NCBI GenBank assembly: GCA_035264245.1
Contig: DATFQO010000049.1
Location: forward strand, 1,731-65,730
Length of the DNA: 64,000 nt
Direction of reading: 5' to 3'
Source of the DNA: Solirubrobacterales bacterium
Lineage (GTDB): Bacteria; Actinomycetota; Thermoleophilia; Solirubrobacterales; 70-9
The notes beneath the pieces were generated by a model. The model saw only the letters and a program-made list of their open reading frames with translations. It made no database searches and was not told the DNA's origin. Position 1 is the first letter of the stretch. Each line of letters starts with the position of its first letter. Below are positions 1 through 8,988 of this stretch, in pieces. The position numbers and the translations under genes were made by a program.

Positions 1-54
1 TGGGTTGATTTTGCTTAGGCTAGATTCAGGATTAGAACTTCTTAGCGAGGTCCC

Positions 55-1014
55 ATGACCCGCGCGGGCACCGAGCCTCTATCTCTACTTGCGGCGCCGC
101 TCCATCTCCACATGCTCAAAGCCTTGCAGCAGGGTCCGCTGGAGCCGCTCGATCTACATCGCGCTGTCGGCTCCCCGCCACAGAGCACGATGCGCGTCTA
201 TTCGCGCAGGCTAGAAAAGCTGGGGCTCCTCGAGCGACGGCGGCGGAGCGAGCTCCAAGCCGCAACGCAGTACCGCAGTACACCGGCAGGGGAGTCCCTC
301 CTGGGCGTCGCGGCGTATCTGCAGGAGTGGCTCGGGGAGGCCCCGGACGGACCAATCATGCTCGGCAGCATCGCAGCGAAGAGCGCGACCAAGGCGCTGA
401 TCGGCGGCTGGTCGTCCAACATCGTGCGAGCCGTGGCAGCCCGGCCATTGTCGCTGACCGACTTGAACAAGCTGATCCTCAGGATCAGCTACCCCTCTCT
501 CGAGCGCAAGCTGATCGCGATGCGGATCGCAAAAATGGTCGAGCCGCAACCCGGCGACAGTCGAGGCACTCCATATAGAGCGACCGAATGGCTACACCGC
601 GCAGTCGTACCCCTTACGGCTGCGGCCGCGTGGGAGTTGAAATACATCCAGCTGCCCGCTGCGGCGATTAGCCGTACGGATATAGAGGCAGTTTTCCTTC
701 TCGCGGTCCCGTTGATGTCGCTGGACTCCCAGGTCACCGGCCGGTTCCGCTTTTCCGTAGAGCTTCGAGGTGGGACCACTCCCACCCACGCGGGCGTTCT
801 CGTCCACGTGGAGAAGGGGAGGGTCGTCTCCTGCTCCACCAGCCTGGAAGGAGAAGCCCAAACCTCAATCTCAGGCTCTCCCATGGATTGGATGCGGCAG
901 ATGAACGGGGGTCCCCGCGGTCAACTCGAGATCAGCGGTAACCGCTCCGTTGCGCAAAGGCTGCTGGATGCTCTTCGGGCAACGCCGAAATCCCTTGTGC
1001 TCGAGATGGGATAA
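55..1014 (+). CDS. winged-helix transcriptional regulator (two HxlR/MarR-like wHTH units, possible SCP2-like C-terminal region)
   Basis: 319-aa ORF. Two wHTH-like segments (LKALQQGPLEPLDLHRAVG..RRLEKLGLLERR and RPLSLTDLNKLI..SLERKLIAMRIAKMVE). AT-richer leader at 1-54. Family call is motif recall only. Confidence 0.55.
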   Translation: MTRAGTEPLSLLAAPLHLHMLKALQQGPLEPLDLHRAVGSPPQSTMRVYSRRLEKLGLLERRRRSELQAATQYRSTPAGESLLGVAAYLQEWLGEAPDGPIMLGSIAAKSATKALIGGWSSNIVRAVAARPLSLTDLNKLILRISYPSLERKLIAMRIAKMVEPQPGDSRGTPYRATEWLHRAVVPLTAAAAWELKYIQLPAAAISRTDIEAVFLLAVPLMSLDSQVTGRFRFSVELRGGTTPTHAGVLVHVEKGRVVSCSTSLEGEAQTSISGSPMDWMRQMNGGPRGQLEISGNRSVAQRLLDALRATPKSLVLEMG

Positions 1015-1088
1015 GTCTCAGAGCCGGGACCCTCGATACAGGGACCAAGCCAACCACCCCCCTTCCCGGTGCTGCGTAGGCTGGTCCC

Positions 1089-1955
1089 ATGCCCGCCCCC
1101 CTGCTTGCCGTCGATGCGCCCTCGATGCTGTTCCGCGCCTTCTACGCGCTGCCGAGCAAGATCGTCGGGCCGGACGGACGGCCGGTGAACGCGCTGCTGG
1201 GGACGGCGAACCTGATCCTGCGCGAGGTCGAAGTGCACCGGCCGCGGGCGGTCGTGCTCTGCTTCGGCCCCGACGCGGCCGCCTACCGGACCGCGCTCTA
1301 TCCCGCCTACCACGCCGAGCGCGAGGCGGCGATGCCCGACGAGCTGCCGCACCAGTTCGCCGACGCGCGCGAGTTCTTCGAAGCCTTCGGTTGGACGGTC
1401 GCGGTCGCCGACGACCTCGAGGCCGACGACCTGCTCGGCAGCTACGCGAAGCTCGAGGCCGAGGCCGGAGGCCGGGCGCTGTTGCTGACCGGCGACCGCG
1501 ACATGTACCAGTGCGCGGGGAAGGACGTGACGGTCCTCTACGTCCGCACCGGTGGCGGCAAAGGCGCCGAAGAGGTCGGGCCGGCGGAGGTGCGCGAGCG
1601 CTATGGGATCGATCCCGAGCTGGTGCCGGACTTCATCGCCCTGCGCGGAGATCCCTCCGACGGGCTGCCGGGCGCCAAGGGCGTCGGGCCGAAGACCGCG
1701 GCGGAGCTGCTGAAGGCGCACGGCTCGCTGGAGGCGATCCTCGACGGCGCGATCCGCGAGCGGCGACCGGCGCTGCGCGCGGCGCTGATCGAAGGACGCG
1801 AGGACCTGCTCAAGTTCAAGGACATCGCGACGCTGCGCGATGCCGGGGTGAAGCGGCCAAAGGACCGGGCGACCGACTGGGCCGGCGCCGCCGAGGCGGC
1901 GCGGGCGCGGGGGATGAAAAAACTTGCGGAGCGACTGGAGGCGAACGCCTCCTGA
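1089..1955 (+). CDS. 5'-3' exonuclease (FEN/Pol I N-terminal-like)
   Basis: 288 aa. Motifs LLTGDRDMYQC and FIALRGDPSDGLPGAKGVGPKTAAELL are typical of the 5'-3' exonuclease PIN plus H3TH domains. Confidence 0.9.
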   Translation: MPAPLLAVDAPSMLFRAFYALPSKIVGPDGRPVNALLGTANLILREVEVHRPRAVVLCFGPDAAAYRTALYPAYHAEREAAMPDELPHQFADAREFFEAFGWTVAVADDLEADDLLGSYAKLEAEAGGRALLLTGDRDMYQCAGKDVTVLYVRTGGGKGAEEVGPAEVRERYGIDPELVPDFIALRGDPSDGLPGAKGVGPKTAAELLKAHGSLEAILDGAIRERRPALRAALIEGREDLLKFKDIATLRDAGVKRPKDRATDWAGAAEAARARGMKKLAERLEANAS

Positions 1956-1970
1956 TGCTGGGCGACTTTG

Positions 1971-2210
1971 TCAACCAGTGGTTTGCAAAATCGCCCTGCT
2001 CAGACCCCAGGCGCTGACGATCGCCCAGACTCCCTCGAGCAGGACGAAGCCCCACTGCGCCGCGGCGATCGCGAGCATGGCGAGGATCGCTGAGCCGGCG
2101 AGGTTGAGTGCCAGGTAGAGGCGCGAGTCGGGCCGCATCCGGTCGAACTGGACCGCCGCAAAGGCGGCGAGGATCAGCAGCGCGCCGACGATCTGGGTCA
2201 GCTGGTCCAT
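1971..2210 (-). CDS. small integral membrane protein (2-3 TM helices)
   Basis: 79-aa hydrophobic ORF with GC-rich third positions, convergent with the exonuclease gene. Confidence 0.55.
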   Translation of the reverse strand: MDQLTQIVGALLILAAFAAVQFDRMRPDSRLYLALNLAGSAILAMLAIAAAQWGFVLLEGVWAIVSAWGLSRAILQTTG

Positions 2211-2227
2211 CGCGCGAGCCTATTGAG

Positions 2228-2266
2228 GTGTCGACTTCGTCTCCCTGGAGAGGACAAAGTCGACAC
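2228..2266. promoter_or_regulatory. 10-bp perfect inverted repeat GTGTCGACTT-N19-AAGTCGACAC in a divergent intergenic region
   Basis: Arms at 2228-2237 and 2257-2266, with an inner CTCC/GGAG pairing. Lies between the membrane-protein start (2210) and the DUF2804-like start (2286). Confidence 0.5.
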
Positions 2267-2285
2267 GGCCGGGTACCTTCGCCCG

Positions 2286-3068
2286 ATGGATCCCGCCCCC
2301 CTTCCCCTCTTCGACCACGGCCAGCTGCGCAAGCGCTGGCGCTACGTCGGCCTCTTCGCCGAGGAGCTGATGCTCTGCGCGGCGCGGGCCGAGGTCGGGC
2401 CGCTGACCCAGTCCTTCTGGGTGCTTCTGGACCGGCAGACCGGCCAGCAGTGGCACCACACCGCGCTGGTCCCCGGCAGCAAGGAGGTGACGCTGGATGG
2501 ACCGCGGCTGGAAATCGACGGGCCGAGCCTGCGAGCCAGCCTGCGGATCGGCGAGTGCGAGGCGATCGAGACGACCTGCCCGAGCGGCCGCTCCCTGGCC
2601 TGGACCCGCAAGCGGGTGGGGATGGCGATCGAGGGGACGGTCGAGGTGCCGGGACGGCGCTGGCAGGTCTCGGGGCGCGGCGTCGACGACGAGTCCGCCG
2701 GCCACCACAAGCGCGAGACCAGCTGGCGCTGGTCGGCGGGTGTCGGGGCCGCCGCCGATGGCCGGCCCGTCGCCTGGAACCTGGTCGAGGGGATCAACGA
2801 TCCGCCGAGTGGCAGCGAGCGGGCGATCTGGATCGATGGCGCGCCAAGCGAGCCGCCGCCCTCTCGATTCGACCGGCCCGATGAGATCGCCCTTGGTGAC
2901 GGCGGGTCCCTGCAGTTCAGCGGCGAGTCCGAACATACCCACGACGACAACTACCTCTTGATCCGCTCCCGCTACCGCCACCGCTTCGGCAGCTTCAGTG
3001 GCGCGCTCGGGGGTATCGAGCTGGCCCAGGGCCTCGGGGTGATGGAGGAGCACGATGCCCGCTGGTAG
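2286..3068 (+). CDS. DUF2804-like hypothetical protein
   Basis: The ORF opens at 2223, but the first ATG (2286, MDPAPLPLF..) follows the 2228-2266 palindrome. The RKRWRYVG motif resembles DUF2804. Weak family call. Confidence 0.5.
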   Translation: MDPAPLPLFDHGQLRKRWRYVGLFAEELMLCAARAEVGPLTQSFWVLLDRQTGQQWHHTALVPGSKEVTLDGPRLEIDGPSLRASLRIGECEAIETTCPSGRSLAWTRKRVGMAIEGTVEVPGRRWQVSGRGVDDESAGHHKRETSWRWSAGVGAAADGRPVAWNLVEGINDPPSGSERAIWIDGAPSEPPPSRFDRPDEIALGDGGSLQFSGESEHTHDDNYLLIRSRYRHRFGSFSGALGGIELAQGLGVMEEHDARW

Positions 3069-3741
3069 CGGCAAGCGCCGCAAGCTGACCCGGGTCCAGG
3101 TTGCCTGGCTGCGCCGCTCCGCCCGCAAGCGGGAGCGCTTCGTCGCCGAGTTCGAGTTCCCCAGCTACCTCTGGGACCGGGTGCGCAAACGTCTGCCGAA
3201 GCTGACGCCGGAGGAGATCGAGCTGGTCGAGCGCGGCCTGCGCCAGTGGTTCGTCTGCTGCGCCTGGCAGTGGAACACCCTGCTCGGGATGCCGTCCCGG
3301 GCGGTGGACGAGGCGTGGCATGAGTTCATCCTCGACACCCGCACCTACACCTCCTTCTGCCACGCGGCCTTCGGCCGCTACCTGCACCACACGCCGGACG
3401 AGGCGATGGGGACGCCGATGGGCGACGCACTGGCGGAGACCGTCCGCGCCTGGGACCGCTCGGACATGGGGCGGCTGGAGGATTCGATCCTCTGGGACCT
3501 CGACGAACGGCTCGGGCTGGAGCAGCCGCTGGGGATCGACGGCCTCCATCTCGCCGCCGTGCGCTCCCACACCAGCGGCCTCACCGTCCCGACCGGGGCC
3601 TACGCCGGGTACGTCGGTGGCTGCTTCGTCAGCCCGAGCGGGGGTGGCGAATCGGGCGGTTGCGGCGGCGGCGGAGGCTGCTCGGGTGGGGGCGGCTGCT
3701 CCGGCGGTGGGGGTGGTTGCGGAGGAGGGGGCGGCAGCTAG
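3055..3741 (+). CDS. glycine-rich-domain (GRDP/DUF1399-like) protein with Gly/Cys repeat tail
   Basis: 228 aa. The core VDEAWHEFILDTRTYTSFCHAAFGRYLHHTP resembles GRDP-type domains. The C-terminus is GGGESGGCGGGGGCSGGGGCSGGGGGCGGGGGS. Overlaps the preceding gene by 14 nt. Confidence 0.7.
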   Translation: MPAGSGKRRKLTRVQVAWLRRSARKRERFVAEFEFPSYLWDRVRKRLPKLTPEEIELVERGLRQWFVCCAWQWNTLLGMPSRAVDEAWHEFILDTRTYTSFCHAAFGRYLHHTPDEAMGTPMGDALAETVRAWDRSDMGRLEDSILWDLDERLGLEQPLGIDGLHLAAVRSHTSGLTVPTGAYAGYVGGCFVSPSGGGESGGCGGGGGCSGGGGCSGGGGGCGGGGGS

Positions 3742-3793
3742 AACGCAACCGACTTTCGCCCCACCCCGCTGTGCCAGGAGTCGGATGCGCCGC

Positions 3794-4501
3794 TCAGACC
3801 CGGTGCTCGGGGTTCGGGAAGTCGAAGTCGCAGCCCGCTTCCCACTCCTTCGGCTGATTGCCGTGGGCGGGGATGCCGCCGGCGTCCTTGAGGATGCGCG
3901 CCAGGTGCATCATGTTCCAGGCGGCGAAGGTGGTGTTGCGGTTGGTGAAGTCGTTGTCGGGGCCGCCTGAGCCCTCGTCCAGGTAGGAGGGGCCGGGACC
4001 GGCCTCGCCGATCCAGCCCGAGTCGGCCTGCGGCGGGATCGTGTAGCCGAGGTGCTGCAGCGAGTAGAGGACGTTCATCGCGCAGTGCTTGATCCCGTCC
4101 TCGTTGCCGGTGACGATGCAGCCGCCGACGCGCCCGTAGTAGGCCCACTGGCCGCGGTCGTTGAGCAGGCTCGAGTTGCCGTACAGGCGCTCGATCACGT
4201 GGGTCGCGACCGAGGACTTCTCCCCCAGCCAGATCGGCATCCCGAGGACGAGGATGTCCGCCGCCATCACCTGCTCGTAGATCACCGGCCACTCGTCGCG
4301 CTCCCAGCCGTGTTCGGTCATGTCGGGCCAGACGCCGATCGCGATCTCGTGGTCGATCGCCCGGATCGAGTCGACCTCGACCCCGTTGGCGCGCATCACC
4401 GCGATCGACTTGTCCATCAGCCCCTCGGTGTTCGAGGTCTCGGGGCTGCGTTTCAGCGTGCAGTTGATGAACAGCGCCTTGAGGTCGGAGTAGTCGGTCA
4501 T
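3794..4501 (-). CDS. flavodoxin-like NAD(P)H-dependent FMN reductase family protein
   Basis: Flavodoxin-fold motifs (KALFINCTLKRSP, ADILVLGMPIWLGE). ATG at 4501 is preceded by GAAAGGAA. An alternative GTG at 4519 forms a GTGA overlap with the upstream gene's stop. Confidence 0.8.
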   Translation of the reverse strand: MTDYSDLKALFINCTLKRSPETSNTEGLMDKSIAVMRANGVEVDSIRAIDHEIAIGVWPDMTEHGWERDEWPVIYEQVMAADILVLGMPIWLGEKSSVATHVIERLYGNSSLLNDRGQWAYYGRVGGCIVTGNEDGIKHCAMNVLYSLQHLGYTIPPQADSGWIGEAGPGPSYLDEGSGGPDNDFTNRNTTFAAWNMMHLARILKDAGGIPAHGNQPKEWEAGCDFDFPNPEHRV

Positions 4502-4515
4502 GGGTTCCTTTCGTG

Positions 4516-6078
4516 TCACCAGGTGTCAACGAAGCGGTGGGCGCCTGGCGGTCGGGCGCTGCCGGCGGCGATCAGGGTGGCGGCGATCAGGCCGCGGGTC
4601 GCGGCCGGGTCGACAACGTCGTCAAGCTCGAACAGCGCCGCCGCGTTCAGCGCCTTCGCATTCTCTTCGGCCTGTGCGGTGAGGTCGCGGACCCGCTGCT
4701 CGCGCTCGGCCTCGTCGGCGATCGCCTCGAGCTCCTTGCGCAGCGCCAGGCGCACCGCCCCCTCCAGCCCCATCGGCCCGAGGTGGGCGCTCGGCCAGGC
4801 GACCGTCAGCAGCGGCTCGTGCAGGCTGCCCCCGACCATCGCCTGGGCGCCGAGGCCGTAGCCGCGCCGCAGCACCACCGCGATCAGCGGCACCCGCAGG
4901 GCCGCCCCGGCGACCAGCAGGCGCGAGGCGTGGCGGACGAGGCCGGTCGCCTCGGCCTCGGTCCCGACCATGTAGCCGGGGGTGTCGACGAGGGAGAGGA
5001 CCGGCAGCCCGAAGGCGTCGCAGAGCTGCAGCAGGCGCGCCGCCTTGTCGCTGGCGTCGCTGGTCAGGCCGCCGGCGGTGTGGCGGGTGTCGTTGGCGAT
5101 GATCCCCAGCGGCCGTCCCTCGATCCGCGCCAGCGCGGTCACCATCTCCGGCGCGAAGCGCTCGCGCAGGAAGGTGACGCTGCCCTCGTCGCAGAGGGTC
5201 TCGACGATCGGCCGCGGGTCGTAGGCGCGGCGCTTGCGCTCCGGGATCGCCTCGCGCAGCCGCGCCTGGTCGGGTTCGGCGCCGGGCTCGGTCGCTCCCT
5301 GGAAGTAGGCGAGCAGTTTCTTCGTCACCGCCGTCGCCTCGGCCTCGTCGGCGACGGCGACGTCGACGACCCCGTTAGGCGCCTGCATCTCGATCGGCCC
5401 CACAGCGTCGGGATGAACCTCGCCGAGGCCGCCGCCGGCGATCATCGCCGGGCCGCCCATCCCCAGCGAGCTCTGCTCGGTGGCGACGATCAGGTCGGCG
5501 CAGCCGGCCAGCACCGCGTTGCCGGCGAAACAGCGCCCGTGGACTATCGCGATCCGCGGCACCAGCCCGGAGAGCTTCGCCCAGAGCGCGAAGGCGCGGG
5601 TGTCGAGGGCGGAGACGACCGGGTAATCGGTGTCGCCGGGCCGCCCTCCCCCGCCCTCGGCGTAGAAGACGACGGGGAGGCGCATCCGCTCGATCAGCCC
5701 GAAGAGGCGGTCCTTCTTGCGGTGGCCGAGGGCGCCCTGGGTGCCGGCGAGGACGGTGTAGTCATAGGAAAGGACCGCGCAGGCGGCGCGCTCGGGCGCG
5801 AAGAGGTCGCCGTTGACGCGGGCGGTGCCGCCGATCAGTCCGTCGGCGGGCGTGCGGGCGATCAGGTCGTCGAGCTCACGGCGGCCGCGCTGGGCGGCGA
5901 TCGCGAAGCGGCCGTACTCGACGAAGCTGCCCGGGTCGACGAGGTCGGCGAGGTTCTCACGCGCGGTGCGCCCGCCGGCGCCGTGTCGCTTCTCGACTGC
6001 GTCGGGCCGCGCCGCGTCCTCGGTCAGCGCCCGCCGCTCGAGCAGCTCCGCCAGGTCATCTCGCTCCCCCTCGGGCAC
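4516..6078 (-). CDS. acyl-CoA carboxylase carboxyltransferase (beta) subunit
   Basis: 520 aa with both carboxyltransferase halves (VLSYDYTVLAGTQG, GRCFAGNAVLAG, SLVDTPGYMVG). Confidence 0.9.
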   Translation of the reverse strand: MPEGERDDLAELLERRALTEDAARPDAVEKRHGAGGRTARENLADLVDPGSFVEYGRFAIAAQRGRRELDDLIARTPADGLIGGTARVNGDLFAPERAACAVLSYDYTVLAGTQGALGHRKKDRLFGLIERMRLPVVFYAEGGGGRPGDTDYPVVSALDTRAFALWAKLSGLVPRIAIVHGRCFAGNAVLAGCADLIVATEQSSLGMGGPAMIAGGGLGEVHPDAVGPIEMQAPNGVVDVAVADEAEATAVTKKLLAYFQGATEPGAEPDQARLREAIPERKRRAYDPRPIVETLCDEGSVTFLRERFAPEMVTALARIEGRPLGIIANDTRHTAGGLTSDASDKAARLLQLCDAFGLPVLSLVDTPGYMVGTEAEATGLVRHASRLLVAGAALRVPLIAVVLRRGYGLGAQAMVGGSLHEPLLTVAWPSAHLGPMGLEGAVRLALRKELEAIADEAEREQRVRDLTAQAEENAKALNAAALFELDDVVDPAATRGLIAATLIAAGSARPPGAHRFVDTW

Positions 6079-6094
6079 GCGATGACTCTACGGG

Positions 6095-6340
6095 CTAGCC
6101 GCGGATCGCCTTGCCGACGATGTGCTTGAGGCGGGTTTTGTCCCGCTTGCTGAGGCTGTCCGGCCGGCCCTTCGACTTCTTCAGCAGGTTCCAGAACTCG
6201 GTCTGCTCGCTCTGGGTCAGGTTCTGCTCGATCCGGTCCCTGCCTTTCTTCAACAGCCAGAGGGAGACCACCCAGACTTTCGCCCACGGCACCCGCTTCC
6301 AGAGGTGGGGTGCGGCTTTGCGTGCGATCCAGAACGGCAT
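6095..6340 (-). CDS. small basic hypothetical protein
   Basis: 81-aa ORF with GC-rich third positions, same strand as its neighbours. No recognisable motif. Confidence 0.4.
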   Translation of the reverse strand: MPFWIARKAAPHLWKRVPWAKVWVVSLWLLKKGRDRIEQNLTQSEQTEFWNLLKKSKGRPDSLSKRDKTRLKHIVGKAIRG

Positions 6341-6355
6341 GGGACGGGAGTCTCG

Positions 6356-6799
6356 CTATTCGACGACTTCGACGCTGCCGTGCATCGTCGGGTGGATTTC
6401 ACAGAAGTAGGTGAAGGTGCCCGCTTCCTTGAAGGTCTCCGAGCCGATCTTGCCTTTCTCGATCGTTCCGGTGTCGAAGCTGCCGTCGTCGGCGGTCGCG
6501 GTGTGCGGGGCGGTGTCCTGGTTCTGCCAGATCACCTTGCCGCCGACCCCGACCACGACCGGATCCGGCTGGTAGGTGAATTCGACGATGTCGACTTTTT
6601 CGGACTTCGAGGCCTCCCCGCTGGGGGCGGGTTCGCTTTCCGTCGATTCGGTTTCTTCGGTGGTCGTTTCTTCGCTCGCCGGCGGGGTGGTTTCCGCTTC
6701 TGAAGAGCTGGAATCGGAGCCGCCGCCACCGCATGCGGCAAGGCCGAGGGAGAGTGCGACCAGGGCAGCGATGAGCAGCGGCTTCAATTCCATGAGCAT
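6356..6799 (-). CDS. cupredoxin (plastocyanin/azurin-like) copper-binding lipoprotein
   Basis: Lipobox LGLAACGGGG, a Ser/Glu/Thr-rich linker, and type-1 Cu ligand pattern HTATADDG ... YFCEIHPTMHG. Confidence 0.8.
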   Translation of the reverse strand: MLMELKPLLIAALVALSLGLAACGGGGSDSSSSEAETTPPASEETTTEETESTESEPAPSGEASKSEKVDIVEFTYQPDPVVVGVGGKVIWQNQDTAPHTATADDGSFDTGTIEKGKIGSETFKEAGTFTYFCEIHPTMHGSVEVVE

Positions 6800-6865
6800 C
6801 CGGTTACCCGCCAGGGCGAAGTCGAATCAGTCATTTGCTGTGCAGGGCCCTAATACGCTGCCGCT

Positions 6866-8956
6866 GTGGTCACCGGATCACGAGGACGATGGCTCGCGGT
6901 CGCGGTCTGGCTGCTGATCGGCGCTGCCGGGCTGATCGCCCACGCCCACATCGACGACGTCACCGCCGCCGGGCAGAGCAGCTTCCTGCCGGCCGATTCG
7001 GAATCGACGCGGGCGCTCGACGCGCTCCAGCACGCCTCCTCCGGCCGGGAAGACGTCCCGGTCGTGATCGTCTTCGAACGCCGCGGCGGGCTCGAGGGGG
7101 CGGACCTGAAGGCGATCGGCCGGATCGGCGACGGCCTCGGCAAGCTCGGGCTGTCCGGCGCGACGCCGATCGCCGATCCCTTCTCCGGCGAATACCGCAA
7201 CCAGCTGACCAGGGTGGCGCGGCTGGCGAACGGGATCGGCCCAGTCTCGCGCGACGGCGAAGCGGCGCTGCTGGTGCTGGCGCTCGACGCCGAGGATCGC
7301 GGCGCGGTGGTTGAAGGTGTCGAGCAGATCCGCCGCTACCTGCGAGCGCACGATCGGCCGGGGCTCCATGCCTACGTAACCGGGCCGGGCGGGATCGCCG
7401 CCGACCTCGAGGCGATCGCCGCCGACGCCGGCCGCACCCTGCTCGTGGCCACCCTCGGACTCGTCCTCCTGCTGCTGCTCGTCGTCTACCGGGCGCCGCT
7501 GCTGGCCCTGCTGCCGCTGCTGGTCGTCGGCCTCGCCTACCTGGTCGCGATCGGGATCGCCTACCTGCTGATCGAGGCCGGCTGGATCACCGTCAACAGC
7601 GAGGGGACGATGCTCCTCCTGGTCCTCGTCTTCGGCGCTGGCACGGACTACTCGCTGCTGCTCGTGCACCGGTATCGCGAAGAGCAGGATCTCGCGCTCG
7701 CAGTCCGCGAGACCCGCCCCGCAATCCTTGCCAGTGGCGGCACCGTAATCGCCGCGATGCTGGTCCTCCTCTTCGCCGACCTGGAGTCGACTCACTGGCT
7801 CGGCCCGGTGCTGGCAATCGGCATCGCGGTGATGCTCGCCGCGGCCTTCACCCTGCTGCCGGCGCTGCTGGCGATTCTCGGGGACCGGGCCTTCTGGCCC
7901 GCCTCTTTGCCGAAACCGCAGGAGACGTCGAATATCGACGTCTCTCGCGGTCTCGGCGGCTGGGAGCGGGTGGCGGGGTTGGTTCGCAGACGCTCGGGGC
8001 GAATCGTCGTCTCCGTGCTGGCCCTGCTGGCGGTTCTTGCGCTCGGCAACCTGACGCGCCATGACACGCTCGGGTTCGGGCAGGGGGTGACGCGGCCGAC
8101 CAACTCCAGCCGCGGGACCGAAGCGCTGGAACGGCACTTCCCCGCCGGCCTCGGCGCGCCGCTGACCGCGGTCGTCGGGGCCGAGGCGGCCCCGAGGGTG
8201 GCGCGGGAGATGGAACGGCTCGACGCGGTGCAACTGGTGCTGCCCGCTCCGGCGCCGGGCGACGCGGCAGAGGCGGTGATCCTCCTCGTCCTCCGCGACG
8301 ACCCCTACGGTCGCGACGCCGAAGGCGCGGTTGAAGAGATCCGCGAACGCCTCCACGCCATCGCCCCGAGCGGGCTGCTCGGCGGCGTCCCGGTCGAGAA
8401 CCTCGACGTCGAGGAAGCCAACGCGCGGGACACGAAGCTGATCGTGCCGCTGGTGCTGCTCGTCGTCGGCCTGATCCTGATCGCGGTCCTGCGGGCGCTG
8501 GTCGCCCCTGCCTACCTGATCGCGACCGTGGTTGCCTCCTTCGCCGCCACGCTCGGCCTCGCCACCTTCGCCTTCACCGAGGTCTTCCAGACCGAAGGCC
8601 TCGCCTTCAACCTCGAGCTGATGGCCTTCATCTTCCTCGTCGCCCTCGGGGTCGACTACAACATCTTCCTGATGACCCGGGCCCGCGAGGAGGCGGCCGC
8701 GCGGGGCACCCGCGAGGGAACGCTCACCGCCCTGGTCGGCACCGGCGGCGTCGTCACCGGCGCCGGCCTGATCCTCGCCGGCACCTTCGCCACCCTGACC
8801 CTGCTGCCGCTCGAGGAGCTGGTCCAGATCGGCGCCACCGTCGCCGTCGGCGTCCTCCTCGACACCTTCCTCGTCCGCGCCCTGCTGATCCCAGCGATCA
8901 CCTACCGGCTCGGCGAGCGCGCCTGGTGGCCCGGCCGGGCCGACGACCCCGGCTAG
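6866..8956 (+). CDS. MMPL family (RND superfamily) membrane transporter
   Basis: 696 aa with two 6-TM bundles and periplasmic loops. GAGTDYSLLLVHRYREE and ALGVDYNIFLMTRAREE are typical MMPL motifs. Confidence 0.9.
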   Translation: MVTGSRGRWLAVAVWLLIGAAGLIAHAHIDDVTAAGQSSFLPADSESTRALDALQHASSGREDVPVVIVFERRGGLEGADLKAIGRIGDGLGKLGLSGATPIADPFSGEYRNQLTRVARLANGIGPVSRDGEAALLVLALDAEDRGAVVEGVEQIRRYLRAHDRPGLHAYVTGPGGIAADLEAIAADAGRTLLVATLGLVLLLLLVVYRAPLLALLPLLVVGLAYLVAIGIAYLLIEAGWITVNSEGTMLLLVLVFGAGTDYSLLLVHRYREEQDLALAVRETRPAILASGGTVIAAMLVLLFADLESTHWLGPVLAIGIAVMLAAAFTLLPALLAILGDRAFWPASLPKPQETSNIDVSRGLGGWERVAGLVRRRSGRIVVSVLALLAVLALGNLTRHDTLGFGQGVTRPTNSSRGTEALERHFPAGLGAPLTAVVGAEAAPRVAREMERLDAVQLVLPAPAPGDAAEAVILLVLRDDPYGRDAEGAVEEIRERLHAIAPSGLLGGVPVENLDVEEANARDTKLIVPLVLLVVGLILIAVLRALVAPAYLIATVVASFAATLGLATFAFTEVFQTEGLAFNLELMAFIFLVALGVDYNIFLMTRAREEAAARGTREGTLTALVGTGGVVTGAGLILAGTFATLTLLPLEELVQIGATVAVGVLLDTFLVRALLIPAITYRLGERAWWPGRADDPG

Positions 8957-8988
8957 GCGAAGCGGGCGCGGTGGGCGCCGCCCGCGCC

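Noticed and set aside
4513-6129. 538-aa plus-strand ORF
   Set aside because: It is antisense to the strongly recognisable carboxyltransferase gene. Its Arg/Gly/Asp/Ala-rich low-complexity translation is typical of shadow ORFs in high-GC DNA.
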